Notes: generated from the sequence alone by a model not told the origin. Counted from the first letter of the whole stretch, positions 28,849 through 40,775 are shown. The stretch: DNA of 63,074 bases, filler included, from Candidatus Nezhaarchaeota archaeon WYZ-LMO8 (GCA_004347965.1; 4 parts of 4 records of this genome joined end to end with filler, not necessarily neighbours in it), one strand, 5' to 3'. Made by a program: numbers and translations.

Positions 28849-29358
28849 TTGTCTTTGAAGCGTGAAGTGACAAGGTACCTAGTTGCAATACTAGTAGTGG
28901 TCGCTTTCTTTGAAGTACTGAAAGTAGCTTCAGGTACTGACGTACCCCTAGCAATAGTGGAGGGGACTAGCATGGTTCCTGTACTTCATAGCGGAGATAT
29001 AGTGCTACTCGTTGGTGCTAAACCGTCAGATCTCAAGGTGGGCGACATTATTGTTTACAAGTATGGAGGCAAATTCATAATTCACAAGATAATACACATA
29101 GAAGTGAAGGATGGCAAGTACTTCTTTGTAACACAAGGAGAGAACAACAAAGCACCTGACCCATACCTTGTATCTGAAGACCAGGTGGTTGGACGTGTTT
29201 TTTGCGTATTGATTCCAAGAGTTGGAATCATCCTACAAGAACCATTTAAGTACGTGGTTATTGGCCTACTTCTGCTTACCTTCATAGCGCTAATAATCAA
29301 GCCCCTTAAGAAGAGAGAAGAAGATCACGCTAAGGTGGGGAAGGGCTTTAGCGGTTAA
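28849..29358 (+). CDS. sec11: Signal peptidase I (Sec11-type)
   Basis: VEGTSMVP catalytic Ser, GDIIVY, IIHKI, TQGENN..PDP. Confidence 0.9.
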   Translation: MSLKREVTRYLVAILVVVAFFEVLKVASGTDVPLAIVEGTSMVPVLHSGDIVLLVGAKPSDLKVGDIIVYKYGGKFIIHKIIHIEVKDGKYFFVTQGENNKAPDPYLVSEDQVVGRVFCVLIPRVGIILQEPFKYVVIGLLLLTFIALIIKPLKKREEDHAKVGKGFSG

Positions 29359-29422
29359 GTTTAAAAGGAGCTTTAAATAGCTCTTAACGTGTTAAAAGAG
29401 AAAAGTTTTTAGGTGATAGTTC

Positions 29423-29980
29423 TTGACGAAGCCGAGGTATAAGATAGAGAACGTTGTGGCTTCTGTGACCCTCAATCAAACCATAGATCTCAATGCCATA
29501 GCAGGGGCGATATTCAAAGCTGAATACAACCCTGATCAGTTTCCCGGACTTGTTTATAGGCTTGATAGACCTAAGACTGCAACTCTAATTTTTAGCTCTG
29601 GAAAAATGGTTTGTACTGGAGGCAAATCCGAGAAGGATGTTTATAGGACTGTTAGGAAGATCATTCAGGAGCTTAAAGCTCACAAGATAGTTATAATTGG
29701 AGAACCCAAGATACAGATACAGAACATAGTTGCTTCAGCTAATCTCGGTGCCGAGATAAACTTAGAGAAAGCTGCATACTTACTTGAGAACGCCATGTAT
29801 GAGCCTGAGCAGTTTCCAGGCTTGATATATCGCATGGAGGATGAGGGGGTCGTAATACTTCTCTTTAGCTCGGGCAAGATGGTTATAACTGGAGCTAAAA
29901 AGGAGGATGATGTGAAGAGGGCAGTCAATAAAATTTACGAGAAGCTTAAGGAACTAGGTGTGTTATACGTTAAAGAATAG
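29423..29980 (+). CDS. tbp: TATA-box binding protein
   Basis: Two repeats of NVVAS...[12 protein letters not shown]...LIFSSGKMV. Confidence 0.98.
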   Translation: MTKPRYKIENVVASVTLNQTIDLNAIAGAIFKAEYNPDQFPGLVYRLDRPKTATLIFSSGKMVCTGGKSEKDVYRTVRKIIQELKAHKIVIIGEPKIQIQNIVASANLGAEINLEKAAYLLENAMYEPEQFPGLIYRMEDEGVVILLFSSGKMVITGAKKEDDVKRAVNKIYEKLKELGVLYVKE

Positions 29981-30655
29981 TTTCTTTGAACCGTAGACGT
30001 CGTAGTACTCCTTTACCTTCTTGAGTATTGAAGAGTCTATTCCCAGCTCTATTCTCCTAGCCCAAATAACTTGGAAGAGCTCTACAGCATCTATCACTGA
30101 GTGGAACTTTAAGCCATGCATCTTAATGACCCCTGATGCTGGAGTATTTTCCTCTAGCTCATTCCTATCCATTAGCACGACGACGCCTACAACCCTAAAG
30201 CCCAAGTTCTCTAAGCGTTCTTTAACCTTCAACTTCGTTAAGCCAGTCGTCAGTACGTCATCGACTATTATCAATCGAGAACCTACATCTGCAGAGCCTA
30301 CTATCACTTCGTCCCCCTTAGCTCCATAATCTTTGACCTCCTTTCTATCATAGAGTATCAGCTTTTCTTCTCCATAGAGCTGTCTCACCTTAAAGCTCGC
30401 TGCTACTGCGAGGGGTATGCCTTTATACGATGGACCGAAGATGCAGTTGAACTCTTTTAAGCCTATGAAATTAGCTATGATCTTAGCGTAAGCTTCGCCT
30501 ATGAGTTCAAGACTACGCGGATTAAACATCTTAGCTACATTAAAGAAGTAAGGGGAAGTCCTCCCGCTTTTTAATCTAACATCATCGAATATCAACGCTC
30601 CACAGCGTATTATCTCTTCAATCACTTTGAGCTTTAGCGAATCTAGTTCTGACAC
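29963..30655 (-). CDS. pyrE: Orotate phosphoribosyltransferase
   Basis: [37 protein letters not shown]. Confidence 0.95.
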   Translation of the reverse strand: MSELDSLKLKVIEEIIRCGALIFDDVRLKSGRTSPYFFNVAKMFNPRSLELIGEAYAKIIANFIGLKEFNCIFGPSYKGIPLAVAASFKVRQLYGEEKLILYDRKEVKDYGAKGDEVIVGSADVGSRLIIVDDVLTTGLTKLKVKERLENLGFRVVGVVVLMDRNELEENTPASGVIKMHGLKFHSVIDAVELFQVIWARRIELGIDSSILKKVKEYYDVYGSKKLFFNV

Positions 30656-30656
30656 C

Positions 30657-31751
30657 TTAGAACACCACGAAGCTTATTGAAGTGAAGCATAAACCACACA
30701 TTAATGGTAGGGTTAGAAAAAGTATTTTTCTTGTTCGTGAGAGAGACGATACGTCATCTAAAGGACCTGGATGTCCCCTCAGAAATATTAGTAGTGCTAG
30801 AATGGCCATCGCTACAAAGCCCGTTACGATCATGATTGCTATGGCTAGTAGAGATGCTGTAGCGTGCCCCTTCCGACCAAAGAAGGCTCTTGCAACGTGA
30901 CCACCATCTAGCTGCCCCACTGGCAACGTGTTTAAGAAAGTCACGAGCATGCCAACCCATCCTGCGAAAGCTATGGGGTGTATTAGCACCACATAATTTG
31001 GCTGTACTTGTAACGATGATAGAAGCCCCATTCTTATGAGTGTGAACAATAGTGGTTCTAGAGGTAACTCAGCTACCGCACCCTGTTCTTTTAGTATGTT
31101 AGCCAGTTCCTCAGGAATTATGTATGAAAGCGATAACCCTGAGAGCGTTATGATTATTGAGGCTGCAAAACCCGATAGTGGACCAAACAGTCCTAGGTCA
31201 AAGAGTTGATCTCTATTAAGGATGGGAGTCTGTTGTATCATTAGGGCTCCAAAAGAGCCTCCTATTGTTGGCGGTCCTGGGATGAAGTATGGTGGCGTAG
31301 ACTTTAGATTGTGTCTCACGCATGCTATCTTGTGACCTAATTCGTGAATACCTAGTACGAAGAATATTGAGAGAACATATGCTAGTAGATGAAGAACCCT
31401 ATATTTACTAAATACTGGATCAACAATCTCGTAGACGCTCGAAGTCGTGAATAGGTATCCAGCGAAGGTCACGGTGGCTATAGTGGCTATGAGTAGAACT
31501 AAGTTCCATAGTAGGTTGTGTTTAGGAATTTCTCGTCTCTTCAAGATCCTGAGAATCTTCTTTCCATCTTCGCTTTTCAATGTAGGCACGTAGCCTTTCT
31601 CGTAGAGCTCGGAGTATAGCTTTAAGAAGCGATCTTTAGTGTCCTCGTCCTTAACTATGTAGGTTAAAACTCCGTATTGGACCTTCCACTCAGATATTGT
31701 GAAGTGCCTTCTTACAATTTCATTTACTTCAATTATAAATGACTCCATCAA
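30657..31751 (-). CDS. Site-2 protease (M50) membrane metalloprotease
   Basis: HELGH and NTLPVGQLDGGH motifs. Confidence 0.93.
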   Translation of the reverse strand: MMESFIIEVNEIVRRHFTISEWKVQYGVLTYIVKDEDTKDRFLKLYSELYEKGYVPTLKSEDGKKILRILKRREIPKHNLLWNLVLLIATIATVTFAGYLFTTSSVYEIVDPVFSKYRVLHLLAYVLSIFFVLGIHELGHKIACVRHNLKSTPPYFIPGPPTIGGSFGALMIQQTPILNRDQLFDLGLFGPLSGFAASIIITLSGLSLSYIIPEELANILKEQGAVAELPLEPLLFTLIRMGLLSSLQVQPNYVVLIHPIAFAGWVGMLVTFLNTLPVGQLDGGHVARAFFGRKGHATASLLAIAIMIVTGFVAMAILALLIFLRGHPGPLDDVSSLSRTRKILFLTLPLMCGLCFTSISFVVF

Positions 31752-31896
31752 TTAGCAGTTGAAGTTAGATGCCTATAGCCTTTTCACTGCTTAAAAAGCT
31801 TAAACATAACTAGGCGCTTTCACTTTACTGCATGTTAAAAGTAGACTTTTAAGTATCTCAGAGAAAACACATATCAATCCTTCAGGAAAGTCCAGC

Positions 31897-32403
31897 GTGG
31901 GAGGAACGTTGGAGCAAAATAAGCAACAAGAGTACATTGTCAGGGAGTTCAGACTTGAGGATCTGCAAAGTGTTATTTACATAAACAGAGTTTGTCTCCC
32001 TGAAAATTACACTCCTGAATTCTTTGTCTATCACTTCAGAGAGTTTCCTGAAGGCTTTTTGGTTGCAGAGATGAACGGCTATATTGTTGGATACGTAATG
32101 ACTAGGGTGGATATGGGATTCGACTACTATTCATCTCACAAGGCTCTTACCGAAAAGGGGCACGTAATATCGATAGCTGTACTGCCCCATGCTAGGCAAA
32201 GAGGAATTGGAAAAGCGCTTCTCTCAAGAGCTATTGAAGCCGTTAAGAGGAGGGGTGTAAGAGAGGTATATTTAGAGGTTAGAGTTTCAAATGCTCCAGC
32301 TATAAACCTCTACCATAAATTAGGGTTTAAGATCATGAGGAGAGTAGCTAGGTACTATGCTGATGGAGAAGATGCCTACGTCATGTCATTACAGCTAGAG
32401 TAA
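31897..32403 (+). CDS. N-terminal acetyltransferase (Ard1/RimI GNAT)
   Basis: LPENY, GHVISIAV, RQRGIG, YLEVRVSN..AI.LY, YYADGEDAY. Confidence 0.93.
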   Translation: MGGTLEQNKQQEYIVREFRLEDLQSVIYINRVCLPENYTPEFFVYHFREFPEGFLVAEMNGYIVGYVMTRVDMGFDYYSSHKALTEKGHVISIAVLPHARQRGIGKALLSRAIEAVKRRGVREVYLEVRVSNAPAINLYHKLGFKIMRRVARYYADGEDAYVMSLQLE

Positions 32404-32423
32404 ACTCGCAGTCTTCTTTTATG

Positions 32424-32438
32424 GATAAGTTTATATAG
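32424..32438 (+). promoter_or_regulatory. BRE/TATA promoter of thermosome gene
   Basis: GATAAG-TTTATATA about 50 bp upstream of the ATG; SD AGGTGA follows. Confidence 0.65.
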
Positions 32439-32484
32439 AAGCTCTTTTTTCTTAACTCAGAAAATCTGATTATCAGGTGATAAT

Positions 32485-34079
32485 ATGTCAGTAGCACTAC
32501 CTGTTCTGGTTCTCAAAGAAGGCACTACGAGAACAGTAGGTAGAGAAGCTCTGAGAGCTAACATAATGGCTGCAAAGATCGTTGCGGAGACTGTCAAGAC
32601 GTCTCTAGGTCCTAGGGGCATGGACAAGATGTTGGTGAGCAGCTTCGGGGACGTTACGATAACTAATGATGGGGCAACGATACTTAAGGAGATGGACATT
32701 CAACATCCAGCAGCTAAAATGATGGTTGAAGTAGCGAAGGCACAAGACTCCGAAGTAGGTGATGGTACGACCACAGCTGTCGTCTTGGCTGGAGAGCTGC
32801 TTAAGAGCGCTGAGGAGCTACTTGAACAGGATATTCACCCAACCATTATAATTGATGGGTACAGAAAGGCTCTAGATAAAGCGTTAGAAGTTCTTGATAG
32901 CTTAGCGATACCGGTAAGTTCAACTGATAAGGACGTGCTAACTAAAATAGCTTTAACCTCATTGAGCGGTAAGGCGTCTATTGCTGGGTCAAAAGAGCTC
33001 TTAGCCAAGTACGCAGTTGAATCAGTGCTTAAAGTGGCTCAACAGAAAGATGAAAAGTGGATCGTGGACATAGACGACGTGAAGGTCGAGAAGAAGCGTG
33101 GCGAATCCTTAAATGAGACAATACTAGTGGACGGCCTGGTTATAGACAAGGAAGTAGTCCATCCCGGCATGCCGAAGCTTGTTCGCAACGCGAAGATAGC
33201 AGTCTTAGAAGCCCCCCTAGAAATAGAGAAGACCGAGATTACCGCTAAAATCAATATAACAAGCCCAGAGCAGATGAAAGCATTTCTAGACGAAGAAGTC
33301 AACGTTCTGAAGAAGATGGTTGAAAAGATAGCTTCAGCTGGCGCTAACGTGGTCTTTTGCGAGAAGGGGATAGACGACGTTGCCCAACACTTCCTAGCTA
33401 AGAAAGGGGTAATGGCTATTCGAAGAGTTAAGAGGTCCGATATCGAGAAGATAGCTAAGGCAACTGGTGCAAGGATAGTAACCAGTATTGAGGATCTGAG
33501 TGAGAACGACTTAGGTTACGCGGAGGTCGTTGAGGAGGTCAAAGTAGCTGATGAGAAGATGGTGTTCATTAGAGGTTGCAAGAACCCTAGAGCGGTCTCT
33601 ATACTTATTAGAGGAAGTAGCGATATGAGCATAAAGGAGGCAGAGAGATCAGTTCACGATGCACTTTGTGTTGTCAGGAACGTGGTTCAAGAGCCTAAGA
33701 TACTTCCTGGAGGCGGCGCTCCTGAGATAGCTATGGCTCTAGCGCTAAGAGAGTGGGCAAGAACTCTTCCAGGTAGAGAACAGCTAGCTGCCATGAAGTT
33801 TGCCGATGCCCTTGAAGTTATTCCGTCAATACTTGCTGAGACAGCCGGTCTAGATCCTCTCGACGTAGTGGTTAAGCTAAGGGCTTATCACGAGAAGGGC
33901 ATGAAGACCTATGGAGTCGATGTGCTTAAAGGCGAGGTAGCAGACATGCTGCAGTTAAACGTACTCGAACCCCTCTCAGTTAAGAAGCAAGCGCTTAAGT
34001 CAGCTACTGAAGCTGCGACAATGATAATGAAGATAGACGACGTCATAGCTGCCTCACCTCCAAAGAAGGAAAAGGAAAA
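32485..34079 (+). CDS. ths: Thermosome (group II chaperonin) subunit, last codons cut by contig end
   Basis: [30 protein letters not shown]. Confidence 0.97.
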
Positions 34080-34179
34080 NNNNNNNNNNNNNNNNNNNNN
34101 NNNNNNNNNNNNNNNNNNNNNNNTTAATTAATTAANNNNNNNNNNNNNNNNNNNNNNNNNNNNNNNNNNNNNNNNNNNN
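34080..34179. other. Artificial contig spacer
   Basis: N-run, TTAATTAATTAA, N-run. Confidence 0.98.
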
Positions 34180-35626
34180 CACTTATAACTTTGCGCCTCC
34201 CCCTCCATAACTTAGGGGTAAAAAGCAAGAATACTGGTATTAACTCAAGCCTTCCAACCCACATCGATATTATCAGGATTATCTTAGAAGCTGGGCTTAA
34301 GGTTAACGGGGATGCAAAGAAAGGACCAACAGTCGCCATGGCTGAGAAGACACCGGATAGACATTCTAGGAAGTCTCCTTCAAAGAGCATCATTACAATG
34401 GTGGCGGTGAGCGCGAAGAAAATATACATGAAGAAGAAGGATGCTATTCTTACAACCTCGCTATCCTCTAAGATCCTTCCATTAAACCTTAACCTTCTAA
34501 GAGCCTCAGGTGGTAAGAGGAGACTTTCAACTTCATGTCTTGCCACCTTTAGTAGTATCACCAACCTCCAAACCTTTATCCCTCCAGCTGTTGAGTTTAA
34601 GCACCCTCCAATTATCATAAGCATTAAGAAGATGGCCTTACTCAAAGGGGGGTAGTGAAAGGAGGATAAGTCCTTGATCGTAAAGCCAGTCGTCGTACAT
34701 ATTGAGATGCCATGAAAGAAGCCTACGCGAAATGTTTCATAGAGGTTTAAGCTTAATCTAGATGCAAGATCAAGCGAAATTACTAACGATGAGATCATGA
34801 TTATCAGCATGAACGTCCTAAACTCAATATCCCTCACAAAACCCTTAACGTCGCCAGCAAAAAGCCTATGGTGTAGCGAAAACCTAGTGGCAGCCAGGAT
34901 CATGAAAATCATTAACACTATTTCAACCGCTGTGTTATTGAAAGCACCTATGTTCTCCGTCCTCGTGGAAAAGCCACCACTTGATACACATGTAAGCGCG
35001 TGACACATGGCATCAAAGGGCTCTAATCCAACGAACATTAAGATGATAGCGCAGAGGACCGTGTAGAAGACATATATTAACCATATGTTCCTTATAGTTT
35101 CTCTAACTGTTGGAGCCAGTCTTTCCTCTCTAGCTTCAGACACGTAAAGTCTCCATGCTATTACACCCTCACGACTAAGCAGTAAGAGTGTTGTAAGCAA
35201 GATAATGCCAGCACCACCAATCCATTCCCCTAGAGCTCTCCAGAATAGAATGGACCTTGGGACGCCTTCAAGTACTGGTATGACCGTCATTCCGGTAGTT
35301 GTTAGACTAGAGAAAGCTTCGAAATAGGCGTCTAAAGGGCTCATGCCTAACACAGTGACATAAGGGATGGAGCTAAAAGCAGCAGCCAAAAGCCATCCTA
35401 TACTCGATATAACCATTGCCTCAGCTATTGTAAGTTTAGTGAGAGGACCTATCTTCCTATGGACGATGAAGCCCGTAAACGTAGCAATAACCATAGGGAT
35501 CGAGAAGCCCAATAGCGCGTCGTCCTCCATGTATATTAGGGCCACCACCATCGGCAGGGCCAGGATCAAGCCTATCGATAAAATTATTGCTGATACTCCT
35601 CCCACTAGGCTCTTTATGTCGATCAA
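34180..35626 (-). CDS. trkH: Trk potassium uptake membrane subunit (C-terminus at contig end)
   Basis: SLTTTGMT, SSGGFS, TTTGF, GGCLNSTAGGIK, MWVGRLE pore motifs. Confidence 0.95.
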
Positions 35627-35709
35627 TCCCCACTTCGCCTCAACTCTTAATGTTTATATGTATCCTAAAAACAACTTTCTCCTCAGATACCATTTGGGGG
35701 AACAATTCT

Positions 35710-36372
35710 TTGCGAATCATAGTCGTAGGTGGGGGGAAAGTTGGTAGCTTACTGTCTAAGAAGCTTATAGATGCTGGTCATGAGGTCATAATAATTGAGA
35801 TCGATGAAAGTAAGTGCAGAAGGCTCTCTGAGGAGCTTGATGCTACAGTAATTAAAGGTGATGCAACTAATGTCGAATTCCTCGAAAAAGCAGGTCTTGA
35901 AGAAGCTGATGCCTTAGCTGCTGTTACAGGTCGCGATGAAGCTAACATACTGGTTGGGTTAATAGCTAAGGAGTACGGTGTCCCGAACATAGTTATAAGA
36001 GTTAGCGACAAAAAGCTAGCTAGGATGGCTGAGAGACTTGGTATAGCAAAGGCAGTGGCACCTGAAGAGATAACCGCAGAACACATGGCATCACTTCTAC
36101 TTCGAGAAACACTTTTATCGGAGTTCACTAAGGTGACGACGCCTAGCGGCTCCTTCTCACTTTTAGAGTTCACAGTCACATCAAACTCTCTAGTTGTCGA
36201 TAGGAGGGTAAGCGAGATACCTAACAGTGATGACTGGCTCATAGTTGCCCTCATAAAGGATAACTCCTTAAAAAGACCTGATCCTAACTTAGAGATTAAA
36301 GAAGGAGATAGGGTCTTAGTCCTTGCAAGAACAGAGGTGGTAGATGATATTAAGAGAATCTTTACAGGGTGA
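35710..36372 (+). CDS. trkA: TrkA potassium uptake regulatory subunit
   Basis: IIVVGGGKVG Rossmann motif, GDAT, TrkA-C domain; divergent from trkH. Confidence 0.93.
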   Translation: MRIIVVGGGKVGSLLSKKLIDAGHEVIIIEIDESKCRRLSEELDATVIKGDATNVEFLEKAGLEEADALAAVTGRDEANILVGLIAKEYGVPNIVIRVSDKKLARMAERLGIAKAVAPEEITAEHMASLLLRETLLSEFTKVTTPSGSFSLLEFTVTSNSLVVDRRVSEIPNSDDWLIVALIKDNSLKRPDPNLEIKEGDRVLVLARTEVVDDIKRIFTG

Positions 36373-36376
36373 AGGT

Positions 36377-37150
36377 TTAGTAGCTTCTCAAACCATACCA
36401 GGTCAAATTATGGACTTGCTCATAGTGCTAGCAATATTCGCGTTCGCCTACGTTGTGTATCGATTAATTATCGCAAAGCTCATAGACAAGATAGCCAAGA
36501 TGTCAGGGATAGAATCCGGCGTAGCCTCTTTTTGGAAGTACATCGTATTAGCAGTAATCATGTTGGTAGCCGGAGCCTTAGCTGCACCTTTTGTTGGAAA
36601 CTTTTCAAGTGTAGTGTATTTTGTAATAGGCTTAATATTGGGCGTTGTGGTTCTAATGTTGATTTTGGGATCAAAGGACGTTCTAGTTAATGCTCTTTCT
36701 GGTTATGCATTAATGGTTTATAAGCCCTTTAAAAGAGGGGATGTGGTGGTGGTTAATGGTGAACTTGGCTACGTGAGAGACATAACTGCCGTCTATACCG
36801 AAATAGTTAGAGAAGATGGCGTATGCTACGTGCCGAACTCGGAGCTTATGAAAAAATCTTTTCTTGTAAGGCCTATGGACTCTCTATCAAGACTATCAAT
36901 ATCTCTTAAGGTTAAGAGCGATGTGGACATAGACATCGTTGAACAACTGATTAAGGATGTCATTAAACAGTGCAAGGAGATATCAACGACGCCAGAGCCT
37001 GAAGTTTACGTAACGGACGTAAATGGTCAATTCTCATCATTTCAGATAGTAATTAAAACAGTGAATCCGCGAAGAGCACTTCATGTGAAGTCTCAACTAT
37101 TGAAAATGATAAAGCAATCATTTGAGAATGCTGGAATAAAGTTATTCTAA
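36377..37150 (+). CDS. MscS family mechanosensitive channel (start uncertain)
   Basis: TM segments, then KPFKRGD, YVPNSEL, PEPEVYV. Confidence 0.85.
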   Translation, partial: LVASQTIPGQIMDLLIVLAIFAFAYVVYRLIIAKLIDKIAKMSGIESGVASFWKYIVLAVIMLVAGALAAPFVGNFSSVVYFVIGLILGVVVLMLILGSKDVLVNALSGYALMVYKPFKRGDVVVVNGELGYVRDITAVYTEIVREDGVCYVPNSELMKKSFLVRPMDSLSRLSISLKVKSDVDIDIVEQLIKDVIKQCKEISTTPEPEVYVTDVNGQFSSFQIVIKTVNPRRALHVKSQLLKMIKQSFENAGIKLF

Positions 37151-37371
37151 TTCTAAAGATTTAACGATAGCTTTAAGATATGATCTTTTGAATTAAAAGA
37201 TCTACGACGGGGCTACGACTACTATTCGAAGATGCATGATGTCAAGATTGCTTATAATCCCTAAGAATTAAGTTAGTGCTTAAACAAACTTGTAGTTAAG
37301 CTGAAAAGAAGAACCTGCCGATAAACCTAACAGTCTCAAAATCCATTTAGAAACTCGGTGAATCTCGATTT

Positions 37372-39468
37372 ATGAGCTTCATCATCGAGAAAGTAAGGAA
37401 GAGGGATGGGAGACTTGAGGACTTCAATTCTCAAAAAATAACGAACGCAATATACAAAGCACTAAGAGAGACAAGTGAAGGGAATTATGAGTTAGCTAAG
37501 AAGCTCAGCAGCGAAGTTGTCGCTTTTTTAAATCAAAAATTCTCTGGAAAAATACCATCGGTTGAAGAGATACAAGACGTAGTGGAGGAGGTGCTAATAA
37601 AGCATGGCCTAGTCAACACAGCTAAAGCATACATTCTCTACAGGAGGTGGAGAACCAATATAAGAGAGACTAAAAGGCTCCTAGGTGTAGAGGATGACTT
37701 GAAGCTAACAATAAACGCTGTCAGGATCTTAGCGAGAAGGTACCTATTAAGGAACGAGAAGGGCGTGATAATCGAGACCCCAGGACAAATGTTTAGTAGA
37801 GTGGCAAAGGCTATAGCAAGAGCTGAGTTGTTTTACGGTTTGGACCCAGAGAGAGCCGAGAAGTGTTTCTTTCAGGTCATGAGGAACCTTGAGTTCTTGC
37901 CCAATAGCCCAACACTGATGAATGCTGGAACCGAGATGGGTCAGTTAGCAGCATGCTTCGTATTGCCGGTTGAAGACTCCATAGAGGGCATATTTGACGC
38001 TCTAAAGTACATGGCGATAATTCATAAGTCAGGTGGCGGAACAGGTTTCTCGTTCTCCAGGTTAAGACCTAAGGGGGATATAGTCAAGTCGACCATGGGT
38101 ATCGCATCCGGCCCCATTTCCTTTATGAAGATATTTGATGTTGCGACTGAGGTCATTAAGCAGGGAGGCAAAAGGAGGGGGGCTAACATGGGGGTTCTAA
38201 GGGTAGATCACCCAGACATAAGAGAGTTCATAACGTCAAAGAGTGATGGCGTTAGCCTTAGGAACTTCAACATTTCAGTTGCCGTAACAGATAGATTCAT
38301 GAGTGCTGTGGAGAGTGAAGGCTCGATAGACCTCATAAATCCGCGAACCAAGGAGCCTGTCAAGACCGTCAGCGCTCGAGACCTCCTCGAGTTGATGGTT
38401 GATATGGCATGGAGAACTGGAGATCCAGGTTTACTCTTCATAGACGAAATTAATAGGAAGAACCCTACACCTAAGCTTGGCGAGATAGAAGCTACGAATC
38501 CCTGTGGAGAGGTTCCTCTACTACCATTTGAAGCTTGCAACTTAGGCTCAATAAACCTTTCAAAAGTCGTTAAGAATGGTGATATAGATTGGGACAGGCT
38601 TCGAGAGCTCGTTTGGATAGGAGTCCACTTCTTGGATAACGTCATAGACGTCAATAAGTATCCGTTACCACAAATAGAGCGTATGGTTAAGCTGAATAGG
38701 AAGATTGGCCTTGGAGTCATGGGCTTTGCTGATATGCTTCTTAAGCTGGGTATACCTTACGACTCCAAGGAAGCTCTAGATGTTGCAGACAAGGTTATGG
38801 GCTTCATAGCATTAGAGGGTAAGAAAGCATCCAGAGAGTTGGCACTTGAGAGAGGAGTTTTCCCGACATTCAATGAAAGTCGCTGGAAAGCTGAAGGATA
38901 CGATGCTCTAAGGAATGCTACAGTCACAGCTATAGCACCTACAGGCACTATAAGCATCATAGCTGGGACGTCAAGCAGCATAGAACCAATATTCGCTCCA
39001 GTTTATGTGAGGAGAGCACTTGGAGGAGTAAACCTCATAGAGATAAACCCAATGTTCGAGAAGATCTTGAGAGATAAAGGTCTCTACAGTCGGGACCTCA
39101 TAATCAAGGTCGCTAAATCTGGATCAGTGAGGGAAGTACCAGGTATCCCTGAGGAGTTGAAGAGGTTAATGGCTACGGCTTTGGACATAGATCCTGAGTG
39201 GCACGTAAAAATGCAGGCAACTTTCCAGAAGTACGTTGATAATGCTGTGGCGAAAACCGTGAATCTAAAACACGAAGCAAGCCTAGATGTTGTTAGGAGA
39301 GTATTCATGTTAGCTTACAAGTTAAAGTGTAAAGGCATAACTGTATACAGGTATGGAAGCAAGCCTGAGCAAGTGCTGTACATCGGCCTTGAACCAGGAG
39401 AGGAAGCATCGATATCATTAAGTATGGAGTATCTAGAACAATGCCCCAAAGGGATATGTTTCCTCTAG
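37372..39468 (+). CDS. nrdJ: Class II (adenosylcobalamin-dependent) ribonucleotide reductase with ATP cone
   Basis: ATP cone VRKRDG; PNSPTLMNAG, ACF, TNPCGE, CNLGSIN, IAPTGT; C-terminal Cys pair CPKGIC. Confidence 0.95.
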   Translation: MSFIIEKVRKRDGRLEDFNSQKITNAIYKALRETSEGNYELAKKLSSEVVAFLNQKFSGKIPSVEEIQDVVEEVLIKHGLVNTAKAYILYRRWRTNIRETKRLLGVEDDLKLTINAVRILARRYLLRNEKGVIIETPGQMFSRVAKAIARAELFYGLDPERAEKCFFQVMRNLEFLPNSPTLMNAGTEMGQLAACFVLPVEDSIEGIFDALKYMAIIHKSGGGTGFSFSRLRPKGDIVKSTMGIASGPISFMKIFDVATEVIKQGGKRRGANMGVLRVDHPDIREFITSKSDGVSLRNFNISVAVTDRFMSAVESEGSIDLINPRTKEPVKTVSARDLLELMVDMAWRTGDPGLLFIDEINRKNPTPKLGEIEATNPCGEVPLLPFEACNLGSINLSKVVKNGDIDWDRLRELVWIGVHFLDNVIDVNKYPLPQIERMVKLNRKIGLGVMGFADMLLKLGIPYDSKEALDVADKVMGFIALEGKKASRELALERGVFPTFNESRWKAEGYDALRNATVTAIAPTGTISIIAGTSSSIEPIFAPVYVRRALGGVNLIEINPMFEKILRDKGLYSRDLIIKVAKSGSVREVPGIPEELKRLMATALDIDPEWHVKMQATFQKYVDNAVAKTVNLKHEASLDVVRRVFMLAYKLKCKGITVYRYGSKPEQVLYIGLEPGEEASISLSMEYLEQCPKGICFL

Positions 39469-39472
39469 CTAC

Positions 39473-40006
39473 TTGGCGATGTACATGGCGAGAGGCCACA
39501 TTCACGTATATACCGGTGATGGAGAGGGTAAGACGCTAACAGCCTTTGGCTTAGCACTGAGAGCTGTTGGGCATGGATTCAAGGTCATAATAGTACAGTT
39601 CATGAAAGGGAGAAAAGACGTAGGAGAATACAAGGTAAAGGATAGGTTACAACCCGAGTATGAAATATATCAATTTGGAAGGGAGGAGTTCGTAGACTTA
39701 AATAATCCTCAGCCAATTGACTATGAGCTTGCAAAGAAAGCCTTGGAGTTCGCTGAGAAAGTTCTAGAGAAGAAGCCCAGAATCCTTGTGCTCGATGAGA
39801 TAAATTTAGCAGCTGCTATTGGTCTAGTAAAGGTTGAAGATGTGTTAAAGCTGCTAGAGAAAGTACCTGAAGAAACCGTCGTGGTGCTCACAGGTCGTAG
39901 AGCACCTAAAGAATTCATTGAAGTAGCTGACCTCGTTACAGAAATGAGGGAGATAAAGCACCCCTATAAACTTGGAGTTGGCGCTAGAAGAGGGATAGAA
40001 TACTAG
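39473..40006 (+). CDS. cobO: Cob(I)alamin adenosyltransferase CobO/BtuR
   Basis: HVYTGDGEGKT, QFMKG, LDEI, LTGR, KHPY..G..ARRGIEY. Confidence 0.93.
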   Translation: MAMYMARGHIHVYTGDGEGKTLTAFGLALRAVGHGFKVIIVQFMKGRKDVGEYKVKDRLQPEYEIYQFGREEFVDLNNPQPIDYELAKKALEFAEKVLEKKPRILVLDEINLAAAIGLVKVEDVLKLLEKVPEETVVVLTGRRAPKEFIEVADLVTEMREIKHPYKLGVGARRGIEY

Positions 40007-40217
40007 TGAAGCACACAATATCAAGGGAACCTTCATGGAGCACTCGACAACTCACAACTCTCCGTCTTAGCAATGAGCTTAATGTGCAATCACTTAGAAG
40101 TGGAGAAACAACTGCTTATCGAAGCCACGAACGCTTCGTCTTTCTATCTAACAACCTCATACTTATCTCTCCAACCCTTCTGTTATTTTAGAGGGAGTAT
40201 GTTGTGGGTGTTATAAT

Positions 40218-40775
40218 ATGGTTGAAGTACTATACGAGGTTAATATTGAAGAGAAGAAAATCAAGTTAGCTAAGGGTGACATAACAGACTTGGAAGTAGA
40301 TGCAATAGTGAACGCAGCAAATGAGAGGTTAAAATTGGGGGGAGGTGTTGCTGGAGCTATTCTAAGGAAGGGAGGATGGGAGATCCAAGAGGAATGCGAT
40401 AGAATAGGTTACTGCCCCGTGGGAGAGGCTGTTGTAACGAGAGCTGGAAGGTTAAAGGCAAAATACGTCATACATGCTGTGGGACCGAGATATGGTGAAG
40501 GGGATGAGGACACGAAGCTGAGAAATGCTACGCTAAACAGCTTGAAGAGAGCTGAGGAGAATAACGTTAAGTCGATAGCCTTTCCAGCAATTTCAACCGG
40601 TGTATTCGGATTTCCAAAGAATAGATGTGCTGACATAATGCTCAAATCAATAATAGAGTACCTTAAAGGCGATACACGCTTAAGGGAAGTTATAGTTTGT
40701 CTCTACGACGATGAGACCTACAGGATATTTGAGGATAAGCTAAAATCGTTATCAAAAAACTTCATTCAACACTAG
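40218..40775 (+). CDS. Macro domain protein (ADP-ribose binding/hydrolase)
   Basis: GDIT, AIVNAAN..L..GGGVAGAI, IHAVGP, PAISTGVFGFP. Confidence 0.95.
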   Translation: MVEVLYEVNIEEKKIKLAKGDITDLEVDAIVNAANERLKLGGGVAGAILRKGGWEIQEECDRIGYCPVGEAVVTRAGRLKAKYVIHAVGPRYGEGDEDTKLRNATLNSLKRAEENNVKSIAFPAISTGVFGFPKNRCADIMLKSIIEYLKGDTRLREVIVCLYDDETYRIFEDKLKSLSKNFIQH

